Shown one piece after another: positions 32,178 to 33,590 of a stretch of 33,590 bases of DNA. The translations under genes were made by a program, and so were the position numbers. Numbering within the stretch: the stretch's first letter is position 1; each line of letters begins with the position of its first letter. Origin of the DNA: Octopus bimaculoides. Taxonomy: Eukaryota. The DNA is taken from contig NC_068985.1 in NCBI RefSeq assembly GCF_001194135.2, positions 65,597,460-65,631,049 on the forward strand, in the 5' to 3' direction. The notes beneath the pieces were generated by a model. That model was not told where the DNA came from and made no database searches. It saw only the letters and a program-made list of their open reading frames with translations.

Positions 32178-32904
32178 ATTCTCTATAATCGTAATCTATG
32201 CTGTTTAAAAGGTGTTTCTGTAAAATTTCAGTAAAAGATATCCATTTTCCTGAAAGTTATGACGGAAAAAAAGAGGATCGTGTGAATTTTCCGACAGTCC
32301 TCCCCTCACCTCTTCGGAATAAAATTTCCCCACAAATTTCGGTTAAACTCTTGTTTCAGACCTGGTTAAAGAAAAAATTTTTTAAATAGTGTAATATGTG
32401 TAAAACAATGTGTAGTAAACGAATATGAAGGAAAAAAAAATGCGCACTGACGAACGAGGAACGGAGGGAGAGGACTCGGAAAATTCACATCGGGAATGAT
32501 CCGAGTCCTCTCAACACAACCCCGTTCACCGGCGCAAATTTTTTTCTTCTTTTCGTGATGAAACTCGTGTGGATGTACTTCCCAAAATTAACCAAATTTT
32601 AAGCTTAATTGTACGATAGAGTTTGTAGAATACAAATTCGAAACATTTTCTCAAAATAGCCAAAACTGAAAAAATTACGACCAGTGAAATGGTGTGCTTT
32701 GAACAGAACTCCATAGATTCAATATCCTATTTATGATCGCTTTTATAGTGTGTCCCAAACCACTCCACAATTTCTGCCTTTTACCTTCTCTGAGGGGCAG
32801 TGTATTCTGCAAATCTGCCCTTTCTTCCTGTGTTGATTTTTTGGGATTGCTCGTTAATGGAATGTTTCTCACTGTAGAGTTAATATAACTAGGAGTCTAT
32901 TAAT

Positions 32905-32981
32905 TACCTCCCTTGCTTCTACCTCTTTTTACCTCAAAGGAAGAAATACAGAAAGACGCCGCAAATACAAAAATGGCAGCG
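32905..32981 (+). promoter_or_regulatory. Candidate core promoter and 5' UTR: pyrimidine-rich TCT/TOP-like start and YY1-like AAAATGGC overlapping the ATG
   Basis: CCTCTTTTT at 32922-32930 fits YCTYTYY. AAAATGGCAGCG at the start codon. CpG is locally retained over 31050-33030. Confidence 0.45.
32973..32981 (+). CDS. Probable first coding micro-exon (Met-Ala-Ala) of an unidentified downstream gene
   Basis: AAAATGG Kozak context; ATG GCA GCG is immediately followed by the consensus donor GTAAGT (32982-32987) and a T-rich intron-like sequence. Confidence 0.6.
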
Positions 32982-33326
32982 GTAAGTCGTTTCTTTTTGA
33001 CTAATTTAATTTGTATTACGACCGTTTAAGAATTTAATTTCTAAATAACTAAATTATTGCTTTTGTGTTTGTTATTTAAGATTCTTTGAACAAACAGATG
33101 TTACCACATTTTCTAGATGTTTGAAGCTTGTTCTCTTCACATAATTTGCGTTCTGCTGTTCAATGCATGTCAAGACCTGCATGCTTTTGGTCGTAAAACC
33201 ATTAAATTTTTCTTTTATCGTATGACATTTGAGGTTTATAGTTAAATTTTTTTATATCAGTTTATTATTTTTATTACAATTCTAAACATTCCTTAAAAAA
33301 AAAAAAACGGTAAATTTTCAGATTAA

Positions 33327-33481
33327 CACCCGCACGATTTTCACTAGGGTGTTAGGGTTAGAGTTTTAGGGTCATGGTTAGGGGTACGGTTAGGGGGTTA
33401 GGGAATTCCGTCCCTAACCGTAACCGTAACCCTAAACCTAACCCTGACCCTAAAACACCCTAGTGAAAAATCGTGCAGGTG
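33327..33481. mobile_element. Palindromic MITE with TTAA flanks and internal converging telomere-like repeats
   Basis: CACCCGCACGATTTTCACTAGGGTGTT vs AACACCCTAGTGAAAAATCGTGCAGGTG. TTAA at 33323-33326 and 33482-33485. Degenerate TTAGGG then CCCTAA around a central GGAATTCC. Confidence 0.8.
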
Positions 33482-33486
33482 TTAAT

Positions 33487-33590
33487 CTCTTTTACTCTTT
33501 TACTTGTTTCAGTCATTTGACTATGGCCATGCTGGAGCACCACCTTTTAGTCGAGCTAATCGACCCCAGGACTTATTCTTTGTAAGCCTA
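33487..33590 (-). mobile_element. SINE 3' end (family of 2291-2678), running off the window
   Basis: Reverse complement of 2575-2678: CTCTTTTACTTGTTTCAGTC..GCTGGAGCACCACC..ATCGACCCCAGGACTTATTC. Confidence 0.88.

Noticed and set aside
31355-32188. 277-aa ORF in the track
   Set aside because: Artefact of translating across the N gap.
32675-32872. Divergent minus-strand first exon (AG|GTAAAA donor-like site near 32785)
   Set aside because: A single weak donor-like match with no supporting start context; not distinguishable from chance.
33340-33465. Ancient telomere-telomere fusion site
   Set aside because: The tracts are short and enclosed by TIRs and TTAA, which a small transposon explains better.

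Overview
AT-rich eukaryotic (animal) genomic DNA; the SINE/RTE families resemble those of octopus/cephalopod genomes (inference from recall, not a search). There is no prokaryotic gene or CRISPR. The window is mostly a nested transposon graveyard between two host-gene exons that the ORF track misses: the last coding exon of a + strand HAD-IIA phosphatase (PGP/PDXP-like, 4956-5133) and a probable first exon (ATG GCA GCG|GTAAGT, 32973-32987). Decayed elements include three Penelope-like element (PLE) lineages, RTE and RLE-type LINE fragments, two Gypsy LTR elements, a full-length pogo-type transposon, a probable DIRS recombinase remnant, MITEs and SINEs. Two observations stand out. (1) A ~344-bp tandem/inverted repeat array (2893-3850) carries a type I hammerhead ribozyme motif in each unit, with a palindromic stem III, i.e. 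a retrozyme-like element probably lying in the phosphatase intron. (2) A Ulp1/SENP-like cysteine protease remnant lies in line with, and one base out of frame from, a PLE RT-GIY-YIG ORF (19107-22158), suggesting a protease-fused PLE. An assembly gap covers 31436-32177. All coordinates were read by eye and are approximate at element edges.
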